Positions 22,883 to 36,362 of a stretch of 64,000 nucleotides of DNA are shown piece by piece. The notes beneath the pieces are model-generated. The model was not told where the DNA came from. It was given only the letters and a program-made list of their open reading frames with translations, and did no database searches. Each line of letters opens with the position of its first letter. Position 1 is the first letter of the stretch. Source of the stretch: Negaprion brevirostris (Eukaryota); the NCBI GenBank assembly GCA_030324005.1, contig JARDVH010000097.1, positions 61,369,278-61,433,277 of the forward strand. Direction: 5' to 3'. The translations under genes and the position numbers were made by a program.

Positions 22883-25800
22883 AGCTAGAAGGCTGAGTTA
22901 AATGGTGCAGCAATGCTCACTGCTTCTAATCATTTGATAATTGGATTTGATACTTGGACCTTTATCGTCCAAAAGTAATTATTAGATATGATAGTGTAAG
23001 GGATCTGGGCTTGAAGTGGTATAGTGCGTGGCACTCACAGAAAACTATTTTCAAGAAAAAATCGGAATTTTGAGCGAATGGATCGGCGGCCCGTGTGGGA
23101 TCAGCCGTGCCTCTGCAGAAGTAGGAAGTTCTTTGTTCAAGATGCACTGTTGCACCAGAGGGGAGACAACCTGACTTTGTACAAACTTTATTACAGACCT
23201 CAAAGGTATGTTTCTGCACTCTTGTTGCTTGAATCAACTGCCGATCCCACAGCATTGATGCATTTTGTAGAATTTCCACTTGCTAGTTTCATAAAACCAC
23301 GTTGTTGGTTTTTTGGTGTCATGTTAGTATGTGTGATTTCCCGAACCAAAATGTCAATTATGTAAACAAAACTTCTTTAATGTTTCTTTTATTGCACACA
23401 TCACAGATTGGTTACAGCTGTACTATTTACACATGTCAACGTGACCTTACAAATTATTACTCCAAAATACAATATAAGTGCGCGTTTTCTAAGCTTGCGT
23501 CAACTGCATATCGTTCTCCTATCTTTCTTTAGTCATAGCTGACTTTACCCAAATACTGTATATGGCAAATTATTGATTCAGATACAATAAGCCAAATACA
23601 AAGGTACTTCAAACTTTTTGTTATTGCTTCTAGTTCGATGCTGAGATTAACTATCACAGCGGTGCAGTGGAAATAATGGGAATGTGTTTTGTAATATTCC
23701 ATGACTTGCCTTTTAACTCATGATATCGGTCGGTTTGGAAAGTGGTGAGAATTAGTACGTGGAGGAGCAGAATATCAAAGTTAAGGCAATTCTGGCGAGA
23801 GAGACAAAGATGACAGAATTAAGAGTGGGGGAGGGACAGGGAACATTTGAGACCTCAGCCAGTCCCGGGGCGGATTAACCCTTTCAACCGTAGACTTCAC
23901 ATGCAAATTATACTACAAATATTATTGTTTCAATGTTTCCAGGATACTCTCGGACGTTAAGTTAACTTCATCATAAATAATACTTTCTTAGAGAATTGAA
24001 GAAGTGGAAGGAAGGATATCTTCTTCAGCTTTCTTTTGGCGAGTGAAAATGCAAGATTTGTATTCATTGGTTAGAAACATTATCTGTAACATCGGATAAT
24101 TACTGTGATGTCCTCCTATGTCCCATTCAATGTGCACTAAAAGGTGAATCTCGACATTAAGATGATCAGATTCATGTATTGCTTTGTAATGAAACATTTG
24201 ACATTAAAGTAAATTTCAATGTGAGTGATCAGGATGAGGATTGTGTTGAGCTTTATGGAATGTTTTGTCTAGCAGGAGTATTGTTCTTGAACTGATGAGG
24301 TAGCTGAGCTCAACGTTGTCACTGTTCCTAGTATTTGTAATTCTTGTATATTCATTAACTCTTGTGAGGTTACTCTTTGTCATAATGTAAGAAGGTAATC
24401 TGCAATAGGAGTGCATTGATTACCAGGCGGAAGGAACCAACAACGCAAATTCCTAACGGAGCATACGAGACTTGTAAAGGTATACCATAGAGAACACTGT
24501 GGCAGTCAGCAACATGTGCACAAAAATGGTGATGTGGGGCAAAATGCGTGCATAGAACAGCATGCACACTGCCTGGTTTCTATTCTTATGAACAAAAATG
24601 CAGCTCGACATGTGTGTACACAATACATAATCAATAGGCCAGATTGTACACTCATTCATTATGGACATTCATTATGAAACATGCTCATTAGTATGAGTAT
24701 GATACATATGAGAGCAATGTGGAGGAACATGAAGGGGTGTACAGTTAACAGTGAGTCTTAAATCTTGGTTTTGTGATGACACTGAATGAAATTGGTATGA
24801 AATGCTTGAACAGATGCCTAACAGCGCACTTTTTTTTCTTAAATTGCTCTTCACAATGGACAACATATGCCCTTTGCTATAGCTCCATTATATCCTGCTG
24901 CAGAATTTCACGTGACACCGAATGATTGGTCAAGTCTGAGTGGAACAGGTATGTGCAATTTGAAATGCATTTTGAAGTTACTTTGAGTCTGGCGAGTCGT
25001 GTCCTCTAGATTGCTTAGGTCTCAGTAAAACAGAGAATCCTTGCAGTAGGGATGAGCTGAACGAGGATGACATTTCTTGAGTGCAACAGAACTTGTTTGG
25101 AAAAAGTATGGTTTTTTTATAAGAAATGTAGAGAAGGCGAATTCGGATATTGTAGCCGCTGTTGTTCTTCAGGGTTTGGATCGAAAACATTTTTAGTCTC
25201 TGAGAGCCTAAGTCTCTTTGGCACAAATAATGATGTTAACAGTATCTTACACGTACAAGAATGTTTCATCCGCTATCACCATTGTCCACAAATTGTTTTA
25301 ATAATTCTGTCAGCGCTAACAAATTTCAGTGTGCTGACTGTCTTTATATCAGTTCGATTTTAATATTAATTCGTTAAACATTATCGTTCCGACAAGCCAG
25401 AGTAAACAAAGCGTTTTGAATCCCACACTCTTCACCTCGCTGCATGTACTGTGCATCTCAACCAAAACCTATGGGAAGAAAGACTCCTTCGAGAGCTGCC
25501 CCCTCCCTCGCCTTCTGGTTATGTATCTCAATTGCAATGTTATTTTCCCAATAATATTCCACTAATTAAAAAATGTGCCTAGTCCCACATATTTCCCACA
25601 TCTTGCTTGTTAATATTCAGCGCACCAGAATTAGAATATATGTGCAGTTTCTTTTCTTTGAAAAAAATGTATTTTCTTTCGGTGAGCGAAATCTTAGTAT
25701 TCTCAAAGGTTAGTACTTAGCAGAATTAAATATGACTGGTTAGTGTCAATAATTAGGGCATGAGCCCTTTTTTGAATTTTAACTCAATTCTTTTTCACAC

Positions 25801-25965
25801 AAAATCAACACAGTTGCACCAAATTACAACATGTGCAAGTATTCGGGGAAATAAATAGGCTAAGCGTAGCCAGCTTCTATATCTGAGCTTATTACTGTGG
25901 CTAAAAGTCTCTGTGCCTTAGACCACGCTGAGAATTCAACCCCTGCACAGTTGAACTAGTGTCTC

Positions 25966-27371
25966 TCGCCAAACTATTCCAATACAACTCCAAACCTGGC
26001 ATTGCCCAGCATTGTCTTGTCCACAAAAAAGCAAGGCAAATCCAATCCAGCCAAACACTCCCCCAGCAGTCTACTCTAAACCATCGGCAAAGTGATAGAA
26101 AGGATCTAGCACCTGGTCAGCATTGCTCAGTTTAAGTTCCCTTAGGACCACTTGGCTATAGATCATATTGCAGCCTTGGCACAGGCATGGACAAAAGAAT
26201 TGAATTTCAGGGGTGAGGCGAGAGTAACTGCCCTTGACACCAAGGCAGCATTTGATGAAGTGTGATATCAATTAACCCAAATATTATTGTGAGGGAATGG
26301 GGGCTTGGGATTCAGGACTGGTTGGAGCCATACCTATCACAGAGGAAAATAGTTGTGATGGTTACAGATCAATCACTTCAGTGGCAGGATATCATTGCAC
26401 GAGTTCCCCAGGGCAGCGCCATAGGCCCAACTATCTTTAGCTGCAATGACTCTCTCTCTATATATATCATAAGGTCTGAAGTGAGGATGTTTGCTGATAA
26501 TGAACAGTGATCAGTTCCATTCACAACTCCTCAGATAATGGAATGGTCTCTGCCTACTTTGCGGCATGACCCATTCACCTTTCAGGGTTTGGGCTGATAA
26601 TTGGCAAGTGATATTCATATTGCAGCACAAGTGTCAGGCAATAACCATCTCCAACAGGAGAGAATCCAACCATCACCTTTTGACATTCAATTGCATTGCC
26701 ATCACTGAACCCCCAACCACCTACCCAATTATTAACATTCTGGGTCCAGGGGGAGACGTTACCAGGGGCCAGAAAATGAAATAGACCAGCCATAAGAAGA
26801 ACTGTGGCTATAAAGCAGATCAAAAGTTGTGTATTCTGAAACAAGTGGCTCATCTACTTCCCTAAAACCGATCTACAAGGTATAAGTGAGGAGAGTGATG
26901 AACCCCGCCCCCCCCCAACTTGTCTGGATGAATGCAGCCCCAACAACACTCAATAAGTTCAACTCCATTCAGGACAAAGCAGCCCGCTTGATTGGCATCT
27001 CCTCCACCACTGGCACCATGTTGCCACGCATTTACAAAAATGCACTGTAGTAACTCGCCAATGCATCTTTGACAGCACTTCCCAGTTCTTCGATTTCACC
27101 CACCTGGAGGGACATAGGCAGCCGGCACATGGGAAAACTATTACCCTCAATTTCCCCTCAAAGTCACATACCAACCTGATTTGGAAAAACATCCAGTCGT
27201 CGTTTATCCTCACTGGGTGAAAATCCTGCAACTCACTACCTAACAGTACCGTGTGGGCGTCTCTTCAGCACACGGGCTGCAGCGCTTGCAGAAGGAGAAT
27301 GACCGCCACCTTTTCAAAGGCAATTAGGAATGCACAATAAATGCTTGTGTTGCCAGTGCCGCCTACATCCC
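25966..27371 (+). mobile_element. Degenerate 5'-truncated CR1-group LINE (reverse transcriptase relic plus 3' tail)
   Basis: Relics of VHKKQ.KSNPA....SLL, WLEPYLSQRKIVVMV, RVPQGSAIGPTIFSC and VRMFADN (GVPQGS and FADD motifs), with many stops and frameshifts. Ends in caattaggaatgcacaataaatgcttgtgttgccagtgccgcctacatccc. Confidence 0.85.
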
Positions 27372-28582
27372 TGTATTTGTTTCTATGTACAGATGGTAGG
27401 CAGCGTACGCTGCAACCAGGCAGTATGTTGAAATCTAAAACATTTTGCTTTCAATCCATATTACACTTGTTTTCACTATAAGTTACAAACATAATAGCAG
27501 TGAATCTCTCAAACATTTCTGAACGGCACAGCAAACTTTACAAGAGTTCGGTGATTTGGGAAGCACGTAATGGAGAGAAATGCCTAATGTGAACTGTAGA
27601 AACCTCGATCATTCCAGAAACCGAAAAAACACTTTAATACTAGCCAAAAACCGGTAGGCAATGATGCCCAAGATGAATTCTTGTACAGCTATTGCTTTTC
27701 TCTTTTGCTCAAAATGACGTTGAATATTGTTAGAATGTTCAAACATATTTTTTCTTCGGACAATGTGTCCAATTGGCGTTCGGTTCCGAAAGGGGGTTTG
27801 GGGTGTGTTGCCTACAAGTAAGAACAGCTGTTGAGAACAATGGAGTTCAATTTCAGCGGTTACAAACGTTCCAGATAGTTTGTTTCAGTGCTCACGGACA
27901 CATGGTGAGTGCATTGTGTAGTGATCACTCCGTTAGCCTGAAGTAAAATGGATGTGTACCATCGTCAGAAAGCTGGCTACATTCCGGAAACCAGGGGATT
28001 TCGCAGCACGCAAAAGACTCCTTTAAAACGAGTTGCAAGCTATGCCGTTCTTTCAACGTAACATCCATGTAGGTTGCAGACAGACGTTTGCCTGAGGTGT
28101 CTAGCACATCCTATACCCCTTATAAACACATTTCTGGCACTTCGCTGTGGAAATGGATGACCTAGGTGGTTCTCAGGCGTGTTTAGGTTAGCCTTTTCCA
28201 AAGAAACGAGGTTAGGTTTAACTTTCCAATGTAGCACAGTTCTGTAAGGCAGAATGTTAAATGAGGAGGGTGGTGACTGATTAGATTTGCAACAGTTATT
28301 GATTTGTATAGACTGAAGACTAGGGCAATGCGACAGTTAGGCAGCTGCTTGTTGGGTGGCGTTGGAGAGCAATAGTCAAGAAACTGTTAATCTCCGTCAC
28401 CCCACAAATCGACAGTTCTGCGACTATAAAACCAAACTCAGACCAGGGGGATGGAAGGTTAAACTGCAACGTCAGTTGTTCTTAATATATATAGCATCTC
28501 TACTATGTGTCTTAAAGCACAGTGTCCTCACCAGACAACTAACTTATTCGTTTACTCGGATACCTGATGAGAGTCGATTAAT

Positions 28583-28872
28583 GCGGCACCGTGGTTAGCA
28601 CTTTTGCCTCACAGTGCCAGGGACCTGGATTCAAATCCGGCCTCGGCTCACTGTGGGGAGTTTGCACATTCTCCCCATGTCTGCGTAGGTTTCCTCCGGT
28701 TGCTTCGGTTTCCTCCTACAGTCCAAAGATGCGCGGGTTAGGTTGATTGGCTAATCTAAATTGCCCTTTAATGTCAAGGGCTCTAGCAGGGTGGATAAAT
28801 TGGGAATAGGGCCTTAGCAGGATTGTGGTCCGTGCAGACTCCTTCTGCACTGCAGGGATTCTATGATTCTAG
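28583..28872 (+). mobile_element. HE1-type V-SINE (tail type A, CR1-like)
   Basis: tRNA-like head (gtggttagcac...ggattcaaatcc), V-domain core ggagtttgcacattctccccatgtctgcgtaggtttcctccgg...cagtccaaagat, and tail ccttctgcactgcagggattctatgattct. Confidence 0.88.
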
Positions 28873-28959
28873 TGCAGGTAAATCTTCGAATCTTAAAGAA
28901 ATGTGTAGAAGTAAATCCTTCCCCCACTGTGTCTGTGATTGCCGAAAGAAACTAAACGG

Positions 28960-29250
28960 CTTAATCCCATTTCCTGTTTTTGGTTACTAGGTAGGTAAAG
29001 GCATTCCAAGTGCATGTCCAAGTATTTTCCAGATTAGATCAGGGGTTTCCGTCACTATCACCCTCACTTCACACTTCGATCATTTCTTGGGTGAAAACAT
29101 TTCTCCTCGACTCACCTCTAATCCTTCCACCAATTACTTTAAATCTATCTCCTCTCTGGCTAAGGGAAATGGGTTCTCCCTATTCACTCTACCTAAGCCC
29201 CCTCACAATTCAATTAATTAAGTCTCTCCTTCACCGCTTCTGTTTCAAAA
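28960..29250 (-). mobile_element. Degenerate CR1 LINE 3' fragment
   Basis: gggtgaaaacattttctcctcgactcacctctaatccttccaccaattactttaaatctat is the reverse complement of the CR1 ORF2 C-terminal RFKVIGGRIRGE.RRKCFH motif region. Confidence 0.65.
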
Positions 29251-31792
29251 TCCCGACAAATGTCGATCTGATTGTCAATAAATATTAGATTGCCGCGAGC
29301 ATTGTTTTTTGTTGTGAAGAGAATCCTGCTGGAACCAGTACATGCTTTTCAGTTATTGCTCAGAATCCAATGCTTGAGTCAGACAGCAATGCAAGTCTTC
29401 CTACTTGGGACAATGGCTGTGGTTGGTTTCTGTAAACCAGAGACCCCGTCAACCATTTTAAGGACGAATGGAATTCAGAAAACTGTACATAAAGTGAGGC
29501 AATCCTTCACTGAAGAAGGAAGTAGTTTCCACCTGAGTTTGGAAGAGGTCAGCTGGTGGCTGGCGAAGCTAGCAGCTGGTAATCGATGTCCAATGGTTGG
29601 CAATGATGTGTCGGGGCTCCATCACAGATTACTTTAATTAAACTTCAATCACACAGTGGAATGGATATAATCTAATTGAATATATGTGTTTAGTTTTCTT
29701 TAGATTGACCATTTCGAGTCATTGGCTTTTCCCCTCTTTCCTTCTTTTTGCTTGCCAGCATCTTATTGAATGGGTAGATATGTTTGGGCACAATGGGGGC
29801 AGAGTATTAGGGCTAAACTCTCGCAAAGAGCTGAACACACACAAATTTCTTCCTTCTGCGCTGTGCCAGCCTATGATTGTGTGGCTCTAAATCCATTGTG
29901 TGACATGATGTGAAGGGGGAGGGGATGATACCATGACTGACCTCTGCCGGTGCTGCACTGACTGTGAACATTAAGAAGTGAGTACATGTGATATCCCAGT
30001 AATATTCATGTTATTTGACACAACCAAATCTATTTATGAATGTATTATAGCTTGAATTGTTGACATGTTCTATCAATATTTATCAAAAGCCATGTGCTAT
30101 ACTTAAATAATAAAATTGCGAAGATTGTTTACACCTTTATTATGTGTAAAAGTTTGTTTTCTCTGTATATGTATTACCAATTATAATATGCTTAACTTCA
30201 TCATGATAGTCATTTTCACCGGAATTGGCTGGTACATAGCATGCTAGCACTTTGCGGTCTTATTTGTCTCGCTAGTATGATACTTTATGCGTTGTCTGAG
30301 AGTATCAGTCCGTCTGTTTTTTCACCCATCTTCTTTAGTTCACTTGCTGCTGACAAAGCAAATGGTTGTCCTGCCTTTAGATCTATTTCTACTGTCTTCT
30401 TATGCTGGGATATTTGCTAGGAAGCACCCAACGGTCACAATCACCTGGGGAATAATTTTCCCTTCAAATGGTCTACCCTCCCAGGAATGTGTCTGCCTCT
30501 CTTGATGCAGCAGAACGGTTGAGATAAGGGAGATGGAATCTGCGTGCCAACACCGTTATGATTGTGAGTGTGCATCGCCAGACCATCTGTTCTGGTCGTT
30601 CCCGAAAACTTCCGATCGCCGCCTTAAGATGTGATATTCGTCAGCTGTGTCTTAATAAATATGCAAACCATTTATGCAAACCTTTTACAAATGAAAAGAA
30701 AGTGTTCACCTCAAGTGTTACATATAACCTGGGCAAATTATATATATATATGTGTGTATATATAGCATGGGCGTGGCATTGTATATATGGCGTGCGGTAA
30801 GATGTTACAAACAGCGTGGTGAATGCCTTACCTGGTTTCTCTCTCAAGTGTGGGTAATTGTGTTACATATAGTATGATGAGTGGGTCAATGTAGTGAGAG
30901 GAATTGCATCATTGAAGAATGGTGTGACTATTATGAAGAAGGGTGTATATGCAGGTGAGTGATTTACATTTACAATGTAGAAATCGTATCATATACGGTT
31001 TGAAATATTATGTGCAAAAAGAGAATCGTACATAAACTACATTGATAATGCATATACAGCAGCCAGTATATACAATATAATAAAAAATATGGATGTTATA
31101 TGAAAATAAATGGATGATAATATTGCATAGATAATACCGTATTATATAGCGGGGGAGCTATGTTACTTATAGTGCGTGGTATAATATCTACAATACAAGG
31201 CAGTGTGGGAAGAGTCTGAAAATGAACATAGTGGGAATGATATTATACAATGTGAGAGATTGAGTTGCATCAAATAGAGGAACAATGTTAAATTTAGTGT
31301 AGAGAACTTTATATGCTGGAATTGAAACTATATTGCATATCGTATTGGTTACACATAAACATTTACTTATATATAGAGAGTGAGAGAGAATAGAAATTGT
31401 ATTCTGTCTTATTACCTCTGTGCTTTTCAGGATGCCTGTATCTTTCTCGCTAAGAAATTCAGTAATATTCTCTAAAAATGTTGCTGGTGCCATTCTGGAG
31501 TGAGTTTCTATGTCAATATGTTTGACGTTACAATTGATACAAAGATTGTGTAACAAACTGTCGCCAAATACAATTGATCAACCACCTCTGAAGCACTGGC
31601 TGTCATTTCATTCCATTCATAGCTACCCGTCATTGTCCATAAATCGCGGTGTGTGGAGAATTTTCATTTAGCATTTTGCAATGTGGTGAAACTTCCTGGG
31701 TGTTTTGAACTGTATGGAGTTCTTGTTGTGATAATACCCCGAAGGTGACGTGAAACACTACTGGTAAGTTAGCTGAGGTAACAAAAGTCACC

Positions 31793-32002
31793 AAAGCAAA
31801 ACAGAAAATGCTGGAAATGTTCAACAGGTCATGCAGCATCGGCGGAAAGAGGAATCGAGTTACTGTTTCAGGTCAGTGATCTATAATCAGAAACTGATGA
31901 AAAGTCATCGAACTAACTTTCTTTCTCGCTCTAGGGTGCTAACCGACCTCCCGAGTATTCCCAGCGTCTTCCGAATTCCAGCATGTGCAGTACCTTGTTT
32001 CT
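31793..32002. mobile_element. Short inverted (fold-back) element made of two Penelope-terminus-like arms
   Basis: Left arm aaaacagaaaatgctggaaatgttcaacaggtcatgcagcatc...gaaagag and right arm ctttctcgctctagggtgctaaccgacctcccgagtattcccagcgtc...tccagcatgtgcagtaccttgttt are imperfect reverse complements. Both resemble 47011-47077. Confidence 0.6.
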
Positions 32003-32160
32003 ATTATAAAAGTGGTGTTAATTTGCCTGAACGAGCAACATTCTGAATTACACCCAAAAGTTTGCTATATTAACCAGTTAACTTAATTACTATAGATTTG
32101 TCAACAAATAACTAGCAAAAAATCAATACATATACTAGTTAGAGTCCTTTCACTTAAAGA

Positions 32161-32460
32161 GGAGATAAGTGGCACAGTGGTATTGTCGCTGGATTAGTAA
32201 TCCAGAGAACCAAGGGTAATGCTCACAGCAGATGGTGACACGAATTTGGTAAAAATCTGTAATTAATAGTCTAACGCTGGCCATGAAACCATTGCCAATT
32301 GTCGTAAAAACCTATCTGGTTCACCAATGTCCTTTAGGGAAGGAAATCTGCCATCCTTACCTGATCTGCCCTGCATGTGACTCCAGACCCACAGCAATGT
32401 GGTTGACTCTAGTTGCCCTCAGGGATGGGCAATCAATGCTGACGCAGCAGCCACGCCACA
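32161..32460 (+). mobile_element. tRNA-derived SINE with a 3' tail shared with the LINE at 25966-27371
   Basis: A-box-like gtggcacagtggta, core aaaaacctatctggttcaccaatgtcctttagggaaggaaatctgccatccttacc...gactccagacccacagcaatgtggttgactct, and tail agggatgggcaatcaatgct. Confidence 0.75.
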
Positions 32461-33063
32461 GCTCATCGGCGATTAAAATAACAATGTATTAACATGGTGG
32501 TTTTCAAAGATGATTTAAACGTTTCGACTTATTTGATTGTGTTGTCTCGTGCTATTTATGATTTGAATTTCAAGATGATTTATTTAAAACATTATAGCAG
32601 ACTGCGAAACGTGTTACTGTGGTTGAAATTGTATTCTATACAAAAGACACATGCAAGGTGGACTTTTAGTTTTCATTTTTATGAACAGCGGTTCTGATCA
32701 GATGAAGGTGCGTTCGGTCTGTTATTGAACCACCTATTCTTCAACGCTGCCATTTTTTCTATCCTCAGAGACAACTTCTTGGACTTGGAGGCCCAATCTG
32801 TGATGAACCGCGGAGACCATTTTTTTGTTGCAGATTTGAAGATCGAATCAGCCCAAATCTATTCACATTCTTCGCAAGCAGGGCTTTCTATGCTGAGCAG
32901 AGGTGACACTTCCATCACATGTGTGTGCTTGATTCAATCTGAAGTCCTGCATGTTGGGAGACAGTTATTGACGGATTAAACCACCCAGCACCCCATTTAC
33001 CTCAACCACTGTTCTTATTGCTTTGCCATGCTGAGTACAGAATACACATCCAACCGTGCGCAT

Positions 33064-33082
33064 TGCTGCCCCCTGCTGTTGA
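33064..33082 (-). promoter_or_regulatory. Candidate CTCF site
   Basis: The minus strand reads CAACAGCAGGGGGCAGCA, close to the CTCF core CCASYAGRKGGCRS. It is an isolated GC-rich motif in AT-rich unique DNA. Confidence 0.55.
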
Positions 33083-33646
33083 ATATAAAGTTTAAACTGT
33101 GGTAACTTTACTCGCGTTCAATTCATCAGATCTAAAAGTTAAATCTGAGTTTTAATAAGGAGACAGACACCACTTGCGACACTTAGATAAAACATTTAAA
33201 TAATACTGACAGTAAGTGACTTAAGATGGACTGATTCATTTTAAGTCTTATTTAAAATTGTATAGGAGAATACAAAAACACCCCGTCACGAAACAACATA
33301 TAACTAATGATTTCAAAGGATGTAGTTACCAATATAGAGGGATTCGTTGGGATTGCACCATTTGAGCAATATCTGGGTCGTGTTGTGCGTTTGTGCAGGT
33401 CAAGCTCATTCTTACCAATTGCCTAATGGAGACGTGCGGTAACTGCAAATACAAGAAAAAAATAAATTGAAGTTATCTAAATAATATTTGAATTATTAAA
33501 ACATAATAACTGTATCGACATCATAATGGTGGTTGTTTGTAGTATATATCCGGCAAATTCAGTCCTGCAATGTCTAGGGGCATGTCACAGATTTAATGAC
33601 ACGCCAAGTTTATAATGCGTGTATGTCCACATTTTCAATTAATTTA

Positions 33647-33948
33647 CGGCGGCACAGGCTGCACTGCTGCCTCACAGCGCCAGAGACTCGGGTTCAATTC
33701 CGACCTCGGGTCCCTGTCTGTGTAGAGGTTGCACATTCTCCCCATGTTTCCTCCGGGTGCTCCAGTTTCCTCCCACAGTACAAAGATGTGCGGGTTAGGT
33801 GGATCGGCCATGCTAAGTTGACCCTGAATGTCAGGGGATTAGCAGGGTAAATAGGTGGGGTTACAGGATTAGGGCCTGCGTGGGATTGTGGTCGGTGCAG
33901 ACTCAATGGATCGAATGGACCTTTTCTGCACTGTAGGGATTTTATGAT
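33647..33948 (+). mobile_element. HE1-type V-SINE (tail type A)
   Basis: gcactgctgcctcacagcgccagagactcgggttcaattcc (B-box), V core, and tail ggtgcagactcaatggatcgaatggaccttttctgcactgtagggattttatgat. Confidence 0.9.
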
Positions 33949-36101
33949 AAAGAATTTAATGAATACTTTTGTCTTCGAAAAGAGAATGTAAGAAATATTT
34001 GTTTAAAACTCACAGAATCCGAACACAGACTTTTGGATGGCAGAGCGTCACTCCAAACCTAAATTCATTTGCAACTCCAGCTGAAATCCCATTCATGTTT
34101 TAAACGTAGAGCAATGCATCAATTCAATGCAAAACTTCTACATATCAACGCGCGTTTGATTAACGAGTGGCCTAAATGTCAAAATGTTGCATTGTCGTTC
34201 AAAGTATCCTCAAGCATACTCATTGATGACCATACATCACCTTGTGTTCCTTAAACATTTCAAACTTTTTTTTTCATTTTTTCCCGGATGCAACCTGCAA
34301 AAATACGGGTAAAGATTGAAGCCTGGGGATTACTTTGTGAATTGGCGTTGATTGAGCCCGCCCCAGTAGCACTGTCTCCCAAAAGTGTTGAACAGGGATA
34401 TTAGCACAGGTCTGTGTGGCGGAGTTGGAGGGAAGCATGTGTCTGGTGATGCAGTCCCTTGCTTTGTAATTATAAAACTAGCCTTGATGTCAAGGAGAGT
34501 ATGTTTCTGTCCCTGTGCTGTTTTCAATCTTGTTTCAAATCTAATGCATTAAATTGTATCTCCTTTAGTTCCATTCCACCCTCCCCGCCCAGTAAATGTT
34601 CACGTCAGCCTTGATCGTGGTGTTTTCCACTTGATGTTCGCAGTTTCCCCTGAGCTTTAACTCTGCGTTCATCTTGCCCACATTTTGCCGCGCCTTGCGG
34701 TGCTCGGGATAGTTACACAGAATCCTGTAACACTCGCAGGGACAACAATTCCACTGGCCATACATCTCACCGCAAAGCTTTCATTTCAAACCTTTTAAAA
34801 CACATTTATTGTACTGTGTGCCAAAGTGAAAAAGAAAATCCCCCTTCGACCCCGAGAGATGATTGATGGTCACACGTTCACAAAATACTACCCCTTTCCC
34901 CCCCCCCGCCCGTACACAGGCGCTTGGCAGAATCCATTCGGGGCGCGCTTCCCCACCGCCTCATATAAGAGCGCATAATACTTCCACTTTTAACATATGG
35001 GTGATGTCGGTGCGACAGGGAAAGTCAGGAGGATTTTCCTCTCGAGTCTTTTAAATCTTGTCAAAGGTCAAGCAAGACGTGTCTTCTATTTATTAGGGCG
35101 TAAGCGAATGTGGGGATAAATGCAGAGAGGTTTATATTAACGTGCACCATCTTATAGCGTGTCCCGAGCAAAGCTCTGTCGCTGGTAAATAAAGCAGGGC
35201 TAATCAATGCGGTGAACTCAAAGGAAAGGACATTTTTATCCCCGCTGGGTGTTCCAAAGGGATTGGCTGGCTTTCTCAAAAAGGAACTGCATAGGATCGA
35301 TATTAAACACCAACAATTGGGATGTATGTAATTAAAAGTTGCTTGGCTCCAAAATTTGCAACAACTCTTGTTCTCCGTCATGTGTGCTACCAACAGCAGT
35401 TAAACAATATTCCAAAACTCGCTGAAAGGCGGAAATTCAGCCATAATACATAATGTGTAAGAATATATGTATCAATCTGTACAAAAATACCCCCACCACC
35501 ACACATAGATTATCCTGCACTTACACACTCTTTCTTGTGTACACTCCGAATGTGAAATGTTTCTGTCTGTTCCTTTGTTCAAATAAAAATAAGTTTACAC
35601 ATTGACCTGATCAATGTTCCTCTCTCTTGTTAAGTCTCTGCACAGAGAGGAGTGACTGAACAGGACCAGATGGCAGCATCAAGCCTATCTTTTTTCTTCA
35701 TACTTATAATAGCATCACGAACAGAGCAAGGGAATGTTGACCACAAGTAAAGATCCTGCCACCTCCGAGTCAAGTTTTTTTTTAGGGATTAGGTGTTTCG
35801 AATAGACGTTCAATAGTTAGAACACATGGACTATCAGCTATCTACAATCCGGTAGAGTTTCGGAGTCGCACTGAACTTTCCGAAAAATCACTTGGTTGAT
35901 TGGTGAGCAAGTATATTGTTGATTCATGGAGATCGCCGAGAAACTGTGTGCAAGTGTGTTTCCGCCTTGCCTTTGCTAACTGGCCAAATAACTGGGCAAA
36001 TCAGGTGTAGAATGAAAGGGTCCAGCGGGGGAAAGACAGCGAAATATAGATGTTTTTCAAAATTAAAATTGCTCTTGAAAAGCAAAATGATAAAATTGAA
36101 G

Positions 36102-36222
36102 AACATAGAAACTAGAAGCAGCAGTAGGCCATTTGGCCCTACGAGTCTACTCCGTCATTCATTTTGATCATGGCTGATCATCGAATTCAATATCCTGATT
36201 CCCTCCTTCATCCCATATCCCA
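36102..36222 (-). mobile_element. CR1 LINE extreme 3' end
   Basis: aacatagaaactagaagcagcagtaggccatttggccc...cattcattttgatcatggctgatcatcgaattcaatatcctgattccc, highly similar to 40802-40905. Confidence 0.8.
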
Positions 36223-36288
36223 AAAAGAACCCTGTGAACCTCTTAATAACTTCCTCTCGAAACGGCACACACTTTTCACATCCTCACA

Positions 36289-36362
36289 CTACGGGATATC
36301 CACAGGAACTTCATTGCAGTGTTAATGTAAGCTTACCTGTGACACTAATTAAAATAAATAAA
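36289..36362 (+). mobile_element. Solo type-B SINE/LINE tail
   Basis: cacaggaacttcattgcagtgttaatgtaagcttacctgtgacactaattaaaataaa matches the tail of the SINEs at 42231, 53738 and 57953, without a head or core. Confidence 0.7.
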
